Both the position numbers and the translations under genes were made by a program. From Patescibacteria group bacterium UBA6201 (GTDB taxonomy: Bacteria; Patescibacteriota; Minisyncoccia; Phycocordibacterales; UBA918), in contig DISV01000005.1 in the NCBI GenBank assembly GCA_002422025.1, positions 136,834-200,833 on the forward strand: DNA of 64,000 bases, written 5' to 3'. The number at the start of each line of letters is the position of its first letter. Position 1 is the stretch's first letter. Of the stretch, positions 27,627 to 36,863 are shown piece by piece. The notes beneath the pieces are model-generated. The model worked only from the letters and a program-made list of their open reading frames with translations. It searched no databases and had not been told where the DNA came from.

Positions 27627-28040
27627 ATGAAAAAGAACAATAAAAATAAAGGTGCTGTAGTACGAAATATATCAAGCAGAATAAAAGATATTTTTAGAGA
27701 TTATGAAAGACAAAAACTTTCTGAATCGATCAAGCAAGGTCTAAGGATGAAAAGGATTCGTGAGTTTGAGTTTCAGTTTGGTCTTGCAAAACACGATGAA
27801 TTACCGCAAGAGTTTGTGGATCGAGTTAAGAAATATAAGGCTATACTTAAAGATGTTGAAAAATCTACGGTCGAAGAAGCCCTTGATAACTTTAAGCGAG
27901 ATATGTATCCGCATACAGAACTAATTGTTTGGGAATGTATAGCAAAACATTATCAAAAAATTACAAAGGCCAATCCAGACTTAACACCGAAAGAGAAGAA
28001 GGATCTCTTCACAGAAGCCTTAATTCACACACTGGGATAG
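27627..28040 (+). CDS. hypothetical protein
   Basis: 137 aa with a basic N-terminus. Its start is 5 nt after the previous stop. Confidence 0.35.
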   Translation: MKKNNKNKGAVVRNISSRIKDIFRDYERQKLSESIKQGLRMKRIREFEFQFGLAKHDELPQEFVDRVKKYKAILKDVEKSTVEEALDNFKRDMYPHTELIVWECIAKHYQKITKANPDLTPKEKKDLFTEALIHTLG

Positions 28041-28086
28041 TGAATTTGTCTTGTAAAGCATTGTCAAGTATAATAACATTAAGCCT

Positions 28087-28269
28087 ATGAAAAACGAGGA
28101 AGAATTTTACACCGCTGAGGAGTTGGCTCAAAAACTCAAGGTCAATATTATGACTATCTACCGCTATATTAAAGCTGGCAAGATAAAGGCGTATAAGTTT
28201 GGGAAAGAGTACAGGGTCGAGTTGAAGGATTTCGAAGCATTTCTCAAAAAACACAAATCAAACAAGTAA
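28087..28269 (+). CDS. xis: excisionase-family (MerR-like HTH_17) DNA-binding protein
   Basis: 60 aa. YTAEELAQKLKVNIMTIYRYIKAGKIKAYKFGKEYRV matches the excisionase HTH consensus. It sits immediately upstream of the PLD-helicase gene. Confidence 0.6.
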   Translation: MKNEEEFYTAEELAQKLKVNIMTIYRYIKAGKIKAYKFGKEYRVELKDFEAFLKKHKSNK

Positions 28270-28270
28270 T

Positions 28271-31200
28271 ATGAAATTATCAAAAATAATCGATAACAAT
28301 AGAAAAACTTTACTCGACACTTTTGTCGATGTAAGTGAAAAGCATAAAGAACTATCAATAGCTACTGGCTACTGGGACCTTGAAGGAATGAGAATGCTTC
28401 TTCCGCAATTGAGAAACTATGAAAAAATACGACTCCTAATTGGTCGAGAACCTCTAATTCCTCGACACCAACTTGAGCAACCCGAACCAGATTATCCTGA
28501 TCAAGACTTTAAATTTGATTTAACTCATATCAAACCAGAGTCTGAACTTAAAGACCTTGTAACAGAGATCAAACAATGGATTGAATCTGGCAAACTAGAG
28601 GTCCGTGTTTACCGCAAAAACTTCTTGCACGCCAAGTGTTTTATCTTCGGATCATATGATTCTGATGAAGCTATTGGGATTATTGGATCTTCAAACTTCA
28701 CAAAGAATGGCCTGACTCATAATACCGAACTCAATGCTCTGGAATCAGATCATCGTGTAGTTGTTTTTGAACCTAAGAATAAAGAACAAGAAGTTGGCCA
28801 CTTGTACTGGTTTGATAGTTTTTGGAATGATGAAGGAACTGAAAAATGGAATGAGCAATTTGGATCAATTCTTGAATCGTCACCTGTTGGAGATAAACTT
28901 TTCAGTCCATATGAGACGTACATAAAAACACTTTACGAGCTGTACAAAGAAGAAATTATCGACGATGAGTTAGTGGTCAATGAGAGCGAAAATGGACGTA
29001 CTCTTTTCGATTTCCAACACAAAAATACCCAAGCTCTACTGCGAAGACTCAGGAAGTATAAAGTTGCAATGCTTTCTGACTCTGTTGGTCTTGGTAAAAC
29101 TCTGACTGCTATCAATGTGATTAAGCAGTATTTAGAAGACGAAGAAGGTAAAAAACGAGTTGAAATTATATGTCCTAAATCTTTGGTCCAGCAATGGGAA
29201 AAGGAAATGGCTACTGAGGGTATTTATAATCACACTCCTATCACTCTTCAGAACCCTAATGAAATTGAGAAAAAGCGAGAACTTGATGCAATTGCAAGTG
29301 TTACTTTGTTTGTGATCGATGAATCTCACAACCTCCGACAAACTAATGGAAAACGTTTTAAGCAAGTGCTTGATTGGGTACGAGAAAATCCAAAAGCTCA
29401 CGTTCTTTTGCTTACCGCTACCCCGATCAATAATCAATTGAGTGATCTTACCAACCAGATTCTACTTGGAACTGGTGGTGATGCTGACGGTCTAAGACTG
29501 ACTGTAGCTGATGAGAATAATCAGACTGAACAAAGAAACTTCTATCAGATTGTTGAGAACCTCAGAAAGAAGATCAATCAGGACCTCAAGCGAGATGGAA
29601 AAATAGACTATAACCACATTAAACAAGTGATGACTCCAATCATTAGAACGTTTGTGGTTCGACGTACCCGACAAGGAATTGAACAAGAATATGGGTATTT
29701 GATGATCAATGGCGAAAAGAAAGTCTTTCCAGTAGTAGTACCTGAAGTTCTTGAATACGTACTTGATAACAAGCTCGTAAAAGAACTTAAATCAGTCACT
29801 TCTGAATCGATTCCGCTTGATGAAATATACGAGCTTGATCCTGAGCAAGTAGTTGAAAAATGTAAGGATCTTAAGCACCCAATAGATCAAATTTCTAATG
29901 TATCTAAGAAACTTGATAAAGAAAAACTGGATGGCGAAAATCCGATGTATTTTGTATTCCAACTTATATTAATGCTCGGATTCATTCCTTATCGATGGAT
30001 GATGTATAGGGCTGATTATTATGGAAAGACACGAGATGAAATTAAGGAACTGAAGATCAGTTCAGATAAAAGTAAAAAGCTACTACTTCAGCTTGGTATT
30101 TTCGGCATTCTTCGGACCGTATTCCTAAAACGAATGGAGTCTTCAGTGAGTGCCCTAGCTTCTTCGTTGGAAACCTATTCATACAAGCTTGATCTATTCG
30201 AGAAAGGCGTCAATGAAGGAAAAATTGTATCAATGGATGATCTTGATGCTCTTGAATCAAGCCTTGGAGACGAGGATGTTGAGGTGGATGAGAAAGCTCT
30301 TGAAGAGCATACTCTCGATGAGGTTGATGATAAAAACTACGAGCTTGAATCACTTAAGAAAGATATTCAGCGAGAAAAGCAATTAGTATCTCTAATTACT
30401 GCTCAACTTAAGATTCTTAATAAGGATGATTCTAAAATCAAGTGTTTTGCAGATCAGCTCAACACTTTACGAAAGCGAGATCCAAATCAAAAAGTACTCG
30501 TGTTCTCTTACTTTGCAGACACCATTAAATATCTCGAAGAGAATATTGGTAAGTATTGTGATTTTCTTAACGAAGAAAACACTGGCTTTGTATCTTCTAA
30601 AAACAAAGGTGATTCTGAAAATATGGCTTCTCGTTTTTCTCCAAAATCTAAAAAGTATCAGCTTAAAGATGGCGAAACTGAACTTCAGTATCTATTCTCA
30701 ACAGATGTATTGTCTGAGGGTCAAAACCTTCAGGATTCAGGCATCTTAGTGAACTATGATCTTCACTGGAATCCAGTGCGTATGATTCAAAGGAATGGTC
30801 GTGTAAACCGTCTAGGATCTGAATTTGAAGAGGTGTATATCTACAATATGAAGCCAGAGCAAAAGCTTGATACTTATCTCGAATTGGTAAAAAGACTTGA
30901 AGGAAAGATCAATTTGATCAGAAATACCGTAGGTACTGATACTCCAGTTCTTGATGAACCAGAAAACCCTATTGAGTATACAGACTCAGTTACCGATATT
31001 TACAGTTCTGATGTTGAAACGAGATTGAAGGCTCTACAAGACGCTGAAAAAGCTTCGGACTTCTTGCTTTCAGAAGATGAGTTTGTGGTTGATCTGAAAA
31101 AGTTTAACTCAAACGAAAGCTATCCAAAGGAATATAAAGAGAAGGTCTATCAGATGTCAGATGGCAAGTGGGCTGTATGTCCAAAACAAGAAGCTCGAGG

Positions 31201-31756
31201 TCAAGAACGGCCTGAGGTGTTTGGTCTCGCACGACTCTATTCAGAAGCAGAGTCAGATCCTATTGGTTATCAGTTCGCAAAAATAGATCGCACTGGTTCG
31301 CAAATTCAAGCTGTATCTCAATTACAAGCTCTTGAATGGCTACGAACGACACAAGAAGACAACGATCGAGTGATGGATAAGATTACTGCTGATAAGGTGG
31401 CCGTTAAAGATCAACTGGGATCAAAGGTTATCCAATACTTTGGGCAAGAAGAAACTGGATCACTTATTGGGCAAGAAAATAATATCCTCCGATTCCTTTA
31501 TGAAAATGGATATGCACAAGAAGAGATTGATCTGGTCCGAGACGTCTTTAAAACGACAAACATATTCTACAAACGTGAAGTAGATAAGTTGAAGCGGAAT
31601 GTAATGCGACAGAAAAATAAAGGTGAAATGTATCAGGATGATCTACGAGAGCTAGTAAAACTAGCTAAGGAAATTGATAAGAATACGAATGATGAAGAAT
31701 CATTAACACCCAAGAAAGTTGAAAGTGTGTTGTTTTATGTAAATCGAAATGAGTAA
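28271..31756 (+). CDS. PLD (HKD) nuclease fused to SNF2-family helicase (DISARM DrmC+DrmD-like fusion)
   Basis: The N-terminal PLD domain carries HAKCFIFGS...GSSNFT (HxK...GSxN). Helicase motif I is LSDSVGLGKT, motif II is VIDESHN, and the C-terminal helicase domain includes LSEGQNLQ...QRNGRVNRLGS. 1161 aa. Confidence 0.8.
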   Translation: MKLSKIIDNNRKTLLDTFVDVSEKHKELSIATGYWDLEGMRMLLPQLRNYEKIRLLIGREPLIPRHQLEQPEPDYPDQDFKFDLTHIKPESELKDLVTEIKQWIESGKLEVRVYRKNFLHAKCFIFGSYDSDEAIGIIGSSNFTKNGLTHNTELNALESDHRVVVFEPKNKEQEVGHLYWFDSFWNDEGTEKWNEQFGSILESSPVGDKLFSPYETYIKTLYELYKEEIIDDELVVNESENGRTLFDFQHKNTQALLRRLRKYKVAMLSDSVGLGKTLTAINVIKQYLEDEEGKKRVEIICPKSLVQQWEKEMATEGIYNHTPITLQNPNEIEKKRELDAIASVTLFVIDESHNLRQTNGKRFKQVLDWVRENPKAHVLLLTATPINNQLSDLTNQILLGTGGDADGLRLTVADENNQTEQRNFYQIVENLRKKINQDLKRDGKIDYNHIKQVMTPIIRTFVVRRTRQGIEQEYGYLMINGEKKVFPVVVPEVLEYVLDNKLVKELKSVTSESIPLDEIYELDPEQVVEKCKDLKHPIDQISNVSKKLDKEKLDGENPMYFVFQLILMLGFIPYRWMMYRADYYGKTRDEIKELKISSDKSKKLLLQLGIFGILRTVFLKRMESSVSALASSLETYSYKLDLFEKGVNEGKIVSMDDLDALESSLGDEDVEVDEKALEEHTLDEVDDKNYELESLKKDIQREKQLVSLITAQLKILNKDDSKIKCFADQLNTLRKRDPNQKVLVFSYFADTIKYLEENIGKYCDFLNEENTGFVSSKNKGDSENMASRFSPKSKKYQLKDGETELQYLFSTDVLSEGQNLQDSGILVNYDLHWNPVRMIQRNGRVNRLGSEFEEVYIYNMKPEQKLDTYLELVKRLEGKINLIRNTVGTDTPVLDEPENPIEYTDSVTDIYSSDVETRLKALQDAEKASDFLLSEDEFVVDLKKFNSNESYPKEYKEKVYQMSDGKWAVCPKQEARGQERPEVFGLARLYSEAESDPIGYQFAKIDRTGSQIQAVSQLQALEWLRTTQEDNDRVMDKITADKVAVKDQLGSKVIQYFGQEETGSLIGQENNILRFLYENGYAQEEIDLVRDVFKTTNIFYKREVDKLKRNVMRQKNKGEMYQDDLRELVKLAKEIDKNTNDEESLTPKKVESVLFYVNRNE

Positions 31757-34700
31757 TCAAGTATTAGACAAAATTAAAGATATTCAAAAAGAACTCAATG
31801 AGCTTGAGGTTAAAAAAGACCTGCCTCAATCACAAAGAGTAATTGCTTCAATTGTCAGACTTCTTGATGATTCTGTTTCCGTTGATGATCAATCTCTCTT
31901 TCAGCTTTTTACTGATAGTGACGGAAAGATCAGAGCTAATGCTTCTTGGTTCTATGAAGACTCAGTAATGACTGACAGAAAAGCGACGTATAAAGTACAC
32001 CCTCAAAACAACCTGAATCTTGATATTAAGCTCTACGGTATTGCTAAGCCTTCAAAGCGAACGATTGCTTGGGCTCAGTCACTAACGCCAAACTTTGAAG
32101 ACGAACCTTTCAACAAGAACTTCAATGTTGGAATTGATTTTATTGTTCCAAAGAGTGCTGATCGGATCATTGTGGTCCTAAGTAATAACTGGGTTATCCG
32201 AACGCTTGAACTTAAAGGAAAGCTTACCGTTACATTCCAAGAGATCCTCGCACGTTGGGCTGAAATAAAAAACTTTGATAATAAAACTGAGCTTCACAAT
32301 ATCCTTTGGGAAAGTTTCGACATTCAGCCTCTCAACAAGAAGTTTTACTCTGGAATTAGTGAACGCTTTACGCTTCTTCGTCAGTATCTTGTTAAGGAAA
32401 AGGTGTTTGATGAAAAGCACGCTTCTTTATTTGCAAACCGACTCCTTGGTCGAGTTATCTTTTGTTGGTTCTTGGACAAAAAAGGGATCATTAATCCTGA
32501 TCAGAAGTATTTTGACTCTGAATCTTTTGAGAACGACAATGAATACTACAAAACTAAACTGGAAAGACTTTTCTTTAGTGTTCTAAACACTCCAATTTCT
32601 GATCGAGAAAGAAAACTCGAAGGCGAAGAGACTCTGTTTGGAAAGGAAGGAAAAACAACATTATTTTCAGTTGATGATGTAACACCATTCCTAAACGGTG
32701 GTCTTTTTGAAGCACGAGAGAATGATCTCTACAACGATTCAAAACTCTCATTCCCGAAGAATTACTTTGACGATCTGTTTGGGTTTCTTTCAGGCTACAA
32801 CTTCACGACTGATGAAAGTACAAGCCAATTCCAACAAGTAGCGATTGATCCAGAGATGCTTGGTCGTATCTTTGAAAACCTTCTTGCTGAAATGACAGAA
32901 GAGACTGGCGAACAAGCCCGAAAAGCCAAAGGTGCTTTCTATACGCCCCGAGAGATCGTGGATTATATGTGCAAGGAATCTCTCAAGGAATATCTAAAGA
33001 CTAAGATTGAGCACGATGAGCAGTTGGATCAACGCCTGTATCAGCTTATAGACGCTCCCGATAAAGACTTTCAGGACCAAGACCATAATTGGCGAAGGGA
33101 CTGGAAACCTTACAAAGCGGACATTCTGAAGGCTCTCGATGAACTGAAGGTCCTTGATCCAGCCTGTGGGTCTGGAGCTTTTCCAATAGGTATGCTCCAG
33201 CTTCTAGTGCGTGTATATGAGCGTTTAGAGGCTCGTTTTGACTCGTATAAGACGAAATTGGGCATTATTGAGAAGAATATCTATGGTGTAGATATAGAGC
33301 CAATGGCAGTTGAAATTGCACGGCTTCGAACGTGGCTTTCGATTATCGTTGACGAAGAATCTGACTCTAAAAAGATCAAACCTCTTCCAAACCTAGAGTT
33401 CAAATTCATTTGTGCTAACTCGCTTATAGATCTCGATAAAAACGGAAGTAATACATTTGGTGATGATCCAGAACTGCAAGAAAAGCTTGCGTCTATTCGT
33501 GATGGTTATTTCAATACCGAGAGTTTGAATAAGAAGAAGAAACTACGAGGTGATTATGTAAAATTGGTAACTCAAGGCGAAGGTTTGTTTGGAGAATCCA
33601 AGAAATCAAAACAATTGAAGACTTATAGACCGTTTGATAATGAAGCTCAAGCTGATTTCTTTAATCCTAGGTTTATGTTTGGAACTGATTCTTTTGACAT
33701 TATTATTGCAAATCCGCCTTACGTAAGACAAGAGAAGTTCACTCATTTAAAAGAGTCTCTTAAAAAAGAGTACGGAGATTTCTTTAATGGCAGATCCGAT
33801 TTGTATACATTTTTTATCAAGCTAGGATTTCATCATCTAAAAGTAGGCGGTGTATTTTGCTACATTACGTCTAACAAGTTTTTAGTTAGAGGGTATGGAA
33901 AAAATACAAGAAAATTACTTACGGAAGATTCAGTATTAAAGAAACTTGTAAACTTTGGTGAGCTACCTGTTTTTCAGGCATCTGTAGATTCAATAATTAT
34001 ACTGGCTCAAAAAGAAAAGCCAGAAAAAGAAGATGAAGTATGTTTTGTTCAGGTAAAACAGGCAAACGAAATTGAGAATCTTTATAACTTTTTCGAACAA
34101 GCTAAGGAGTGTTTGAATTTAAGTTCTTTAGATAGTGGAGAATGGTCTCTTCAAGATAAGGAAAAAATAAAGATATTAAACAAAATAAAAGGTAATGAAT
34201 TAACACTTGAGAACTATTTTGAGCAAAAAAGTTTTGCTGGAATTAAGACGGGTTATGATGATGCGTTTGTGATTGATGCCAACACAAAAGAAAAACTCGT
34301 TGCTGAAGATCCTCAGAATTTAGATCTAATTAAACCTTGGTTAAGAGGAAAAGATGTTAAAAAATGGAAAGTTGACTATAAGAATTTATATCTTATATAT
34401 ATCCCACTCAATAAAATTGATATTGAAGAATACCCATCGATCAAAAATCATCTTTTAAAATTTAAGGAAAAATTATCTAAGAGAGCAACAAAACAAAAGT
34501 GGTATGAAATTCAACAGCCACAAGAAAAGTTCACAGAGCTTTTTGAAGCTCCAAAGATAATTTACCCAGATTGTGCAAAAGAAATGCGAGCATCATTCGA
34601 CTTAACAAAGTCATATGGCACGATGGCTATGTATTTCTTGCCTTATGATCCATTGATACTTGGGTTGTTAAACAGTAGGCTTTTCGACTGGTATTCTCGA

Positions 34701-34964
34701 ATGACTTTCGCAACATTTGGAGATCCGTGGAAAGGAGGTCGAATCATTTTTAAGACAATTTATATGTCTAAGTTTCCTCTTCCTGATTTGCACGGTCCTG
34801 AGATAGAAAGGATAAAGAGCAATGTAGAAATCATTATTAAAAACATCGATCAAGGTGATAAAAACCAAAATGCTAATCTCGAGAATCAGATAAATGAAGA
34901 CGTAATGACTCTGTACAGACTAGATGAAAATGAGAAAAACATTTTACGTACTTATAAATTATGA
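31749..34964 (+). CDS. N6-adenine DNA methyltransferase, PglX/MmeI (Eco57I)-like gamma class with C-terminal target-recognition region
   Basis: Motif X is GAFYTPREIVDYM, motif I is VLDPACGSGAFP, and motif IV is IIIANPPY. The N-terminal region has PFLNGGLFE and the C-terminal region has AGIKTGYDDAFVI. Its start overlaps the preceding gene by 8 nt. Confidence 0.85.
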   Translation: MSNQVLDKIKDIQKELNELEVKKDLPQSQRVIASIVRLLDDSVSVDDQSLFQLFTDSDGKIRANASWFYEDSVMTDRKATYKVHPQNNLNLDIKLYGIAKPSKRTIAWAQSLTPNFEDEPFNKNFNVGIDFIVPKSADRIIVVLSNNWVIRTLELKGKLTVTFQEILARWAEIKNFDNKTELHNILWESFDIQPLNKKFYSGISERFTLLRQYLVKEKVFDEKHASLFANRLLGRVIFCWFLDKKGIINPDQKYFDSESFENDNEYYKTKLERLFFSVLNTPISDRERKLEGEETLFGKEGKTTLFSVDDVTPFLNGGLFEARENDLYNDSKLSFPKNYFDDLFGFLSGYNFTTDESTSQFQQVAIDPEMLGRIFENLLAEMTEETGEQARKAKGAFYTPREIVDYMCKESLKEYLKTKIEHDEQLDQRLYQLIDAPDKDFQDQDHNWRRDWKPYKADILKALDELKVLDPACGSGAFPIGMLQLLVRVYERLEARFDSYKTKLGIIEKNIYGVDIEPMAVEIARLRTWLSIIVDEESDSKKIKPLPNLEFKFICANSLIDLDKNGSNTFGDDPELQEKLASIRDGYFNTESLNKKKKLRGDYVKLVTQGEGLFGESKKSKQLKTYRPFDNEAQADFFNPRFMFGTDSFDIIIANPPYVRQEKFTHLKESLKKEYGDFFNGRSDLYTFFIKLGFHHLKVGGVFCYITSNKFLVRGYGKNTRKLLTEDSVLKKLVNFGELPVFQASVDSIIILAQKEKPEKEDEVCFVQVKQANEIENLYNFFEQAKECLNLSSLDSGEWSLQDKEKIKILNKIKGNELTLENYFEQKSFAGIKTGYDDAFVIDANTKEKLVAEDPQNLDLIKPWLRGKDVKKWKVDYKNLYLIYIPLNKIDIEEYPSIKNHLLKFKEKLSKRATKQKWYEIQQPQEKFTELFEAPKIIYPDCAKEMRASFDLTKSYGTMAMYFLPYDPLILGLLNSRLFDWYSRMTFATFGDPWKGGRIIFKTIYMSKFPLPDLHGPEIERIKSNVEIIIKNIDQGDKNQNANLENQINEDVMTLYRLDENEKNILRTYKL

Positions 34965-36466
34965 AATCAATAATCTTTGCCAGAGTATCAGATAAAAAAC
35001 AGGACTCAAACGAGGCTCAGGTGTCTCGTATTTCTGAATACATAAGAGCCAAAGATCTTCAGGTTTGGAAAACATATGAGCTTGAAGAATCCTCTACTCG
35101 TGGCGATCGAGAAAAATTTCAGGAAGTTATTCAAGAGATCGAGAAGAGCAAAGAACCAATTGCTCTGGTAGTTGATACTGTAGACCGACTTCAGCGAAGC
35201 TTTAAGGAGTCAGTGGTCCTTGATGAGTTTAGGAAGTCTGGAAAGCTTGAGATCCATTTTTATCGTGAAAATCTGGTCCTGCACCAAAACTCAAACAGTG
35301 CCGATCTTATTCGTTGGGATATAGCTGTTATGTTTGCTCGAAGCTATGTTCTTCAACTTAGTGACAACGTAAAGCGAAAACAAGAGCAAATGAGGCGTAG
35401 TGGTGAATGGCCAAGTAAGCCACCAATTGGATACAAAAGTATCTATGATGAAAATGGCACAAGGACCGATATTATTCCTGATCCAGAGACAGCTCACTTT
35501 GTCGTAAAAATGTTTGAGCTTTACGCTACAGGCAATTATTCCATCAAAACACTTCGTGATCATATGATCAAAGTTGGAATGCGAGGCACTTCTGGCAAGA
35601 AGATTGCTCCAAGTATGATCGATAACATTTTGAACAATACGTTTTACTACGGTGTTGCGTATTCAAGGACCAAAAAGATTTCATACGATCACAAGTACAA
35701 ACCGCTAGTTTTTAAAGAGCTTTTTGATAAGTGTCAGGAAGTAAAGAAGGGTTGGAATAAGAAACCATTTAAATATGCTTCAAAACCTTTTGTCTTGAGA
35801 GGGTTAGTTCGTTGTGCCAAATGTGGCTGTGCAATGAGTCCAGAGATTAAGAAAGGAAAATATGTCTATTACAGCTGTACCAATGCCAGAAAAGATCTCT
35901 GTACAGATAAGGTCTACATACCCGAAAAAGACCTCCTGAAGCCAATACACGAGGTTCTAGAGGCTTTTAACAGCATTCCTCAGAAGACTATTGATGAAGT
36001 AGTTCTTGGGCTCAAGAAGTCAAACGAGTCAAAGAGTCTGTACCACCTGAACGCCATAGATGGTCTTCGGTCCGAATACGACAAAACTCAAGACAAGATC
36101 GATCGAATGATGGACCTACTCATTGAGGGTAGTATTACTAAAGATGACTATGACAGAAAGTTGAAAGAGCTTAAGTCAAAACAGCACGATCTCAATATAC
36201 AAATTGAGGACCACACTAAGGCAGACGAAAACTACTATATTACTGCTTCTACAGTGTTAAATTTGGCTAAAAGTGCATTGACGCTATTTGAAAGTTCCGA
36301 AGTGCAAGAAAAAAGAGCTATGCTCAATTATCTACTTCAGAACTGCGTCGTAAATGGAAAAAAGCTAGAGTTTTCAATACGATCTCCGTTTAACCATATA
36401 CTAGAATTGCACAATCAACCTACTGGGCTCCGCGGGCAGGATTCGAACCTGCGACCAATCGATTAA
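34961..36466 (+). CDS. large serine recombinase (integrase)
   Basis: The resolvase catalytic domain has FARVSDKKQ (Ser nucleophile) and VDTVDRLQRS. A recombinase domain and a zinc ribbon (CAKCGCAM...YYSCTNARKDLC) follow. An ATGA overlap couples it to the MTase stop. Its last about 40 nt run into the tRNA-Asn gene. Confidence 0.8.
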   Translation: MKSIIFARVSDKKQDSNEAQVSRISEYIRAKDLQVWKTYELEESSTRGDREKFQEVIQEIEKSKEPIALVVDTVDRLQRSFKESVVLDEFRKSGKLEIHFYRENLVLHQNSNSADLIRWDIAVMFARSYVLQLSDNVKRKQEQMRRSGEWPSKPPIGYKSIYDENGTRTDIIPDPETAHFVVKMFELYATGNYSIKTLRDHMIKVGMRGTSGKKIAPSMIDNILNNTFYYGVAYSRTKKISYDHKYKPLVFKELFDKCQEVKKGWNKKPFKYASKPFVLRGLVRCAKCGCAMSPEIKKGKYVYYSCTNARKDLCTDKVYIPEKDLLKPIHEVLEAFNSIPQKTIDEVVLGLKKSNESKSLYHLNAIDGLRSEYDKTQDKIDRMMDLLIEGSITKDDYDRKLKELKSKQHDLNIQIEDHTKADENYYITASTVLNLAKSALTLFESSEVQEKRAMLNYLLQNCVVNGKKLEFSIRSPFNHILELHNQPTGLRGQDSNLRPID

Positions 36467-36499
36467 CAGTCGACCGCTCTACCGCTGAGCTACCGCGGA
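36425..36499 (-). tRNA. tRNA-Asn (anticodon GTT)
   Basis: Cloverleaf folded by hand. The acceptor stem is TCCGCGG/CCGCGGA, the anticodon loop is CTGTTAA, the T-arm is GCAGG-TTCGAAT-CCTGC, and the discriminator is G. Confidence 0.8.
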
Positions 36500-36592
36500 A
36501 TATCCTTGATCTGCGATATTAGATCAAGTAGGCACATTCTACAGAAAAACTGAATTGTTTCAACTTTAACGATGGTGTATATTACGCATTCT

Positions 36593-36665
36593 GGGCCCAT
36601 AGTATAGTGGTAGAACGAATCCATGGCATGGATTAGGTCCGAGTTCGATTCTCGGTGGGTCCACC
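36593..36665 (+). tRNA. tRNA-Ala (anticodon GGC)
   Basis: The acceptor stem GGGCCCA/TGGGTCC contains a G3:U70 pair (the Ala identity element). The anticodon loop is ATGGCAT, the T-arm is CCGAG-TTCGATT-CTCGG, and the discriminator is A. Confidence 0.6.
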
Positions 36666-36708
36666 TCGCGAAAGGGGCTGGCGCAAGCCAGCCCCTTTCG
36701 CGAGGTGG
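36661..36708. repeat. 22-bp perfect inverted repeat (CCACCTCGCGAAAGGGGCTGGC-gcaa-GCCAGCCCCTTTCGCGAGGTGG) overlapping the tRNA-Ala 3' end
   Basis: Read directly. An unusually long perfect stem, with no T-run after it. Confidence 0.75.
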
Positions 36709-36863
36709 AAGGCGGAACGATGTATTTTTCTCAACTCCTAGAAAAAAAGACGAGTGAGCTGGGGGCGAGAACACTTAGTAGATTTGGAGGCAAAGCCGAA
36801 CAAATATACTTAGTGATTTGTGTCCACTAAATAATGAAGAATCGGTCATGTTAAAATCCGGTT

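Larger units (their letters stand above)
22516..36499. mobile_element. integrative element (about 14 kb) inserted at the tRNA-Asn 3' end
   Basis: attL and attR direct repeats. Serine recombinase adjacent to the tRNA. Excisionase-type HTH and Rep_trans-like initiator. Composition is AT-richer than the flanks. It carries a PLD-SNF2 helicase plus N6-MTase module. Confidence 0.65.

Noticed and set aside
22516-36499. Prophage interpretation of the island.
   Set aside because: No capsid, terminase, tail or lysis genes were recognisable. The content is recombinase, excisionase, Rep and R-M-like cargo, so it is better called an integrative island or mobilisable element.
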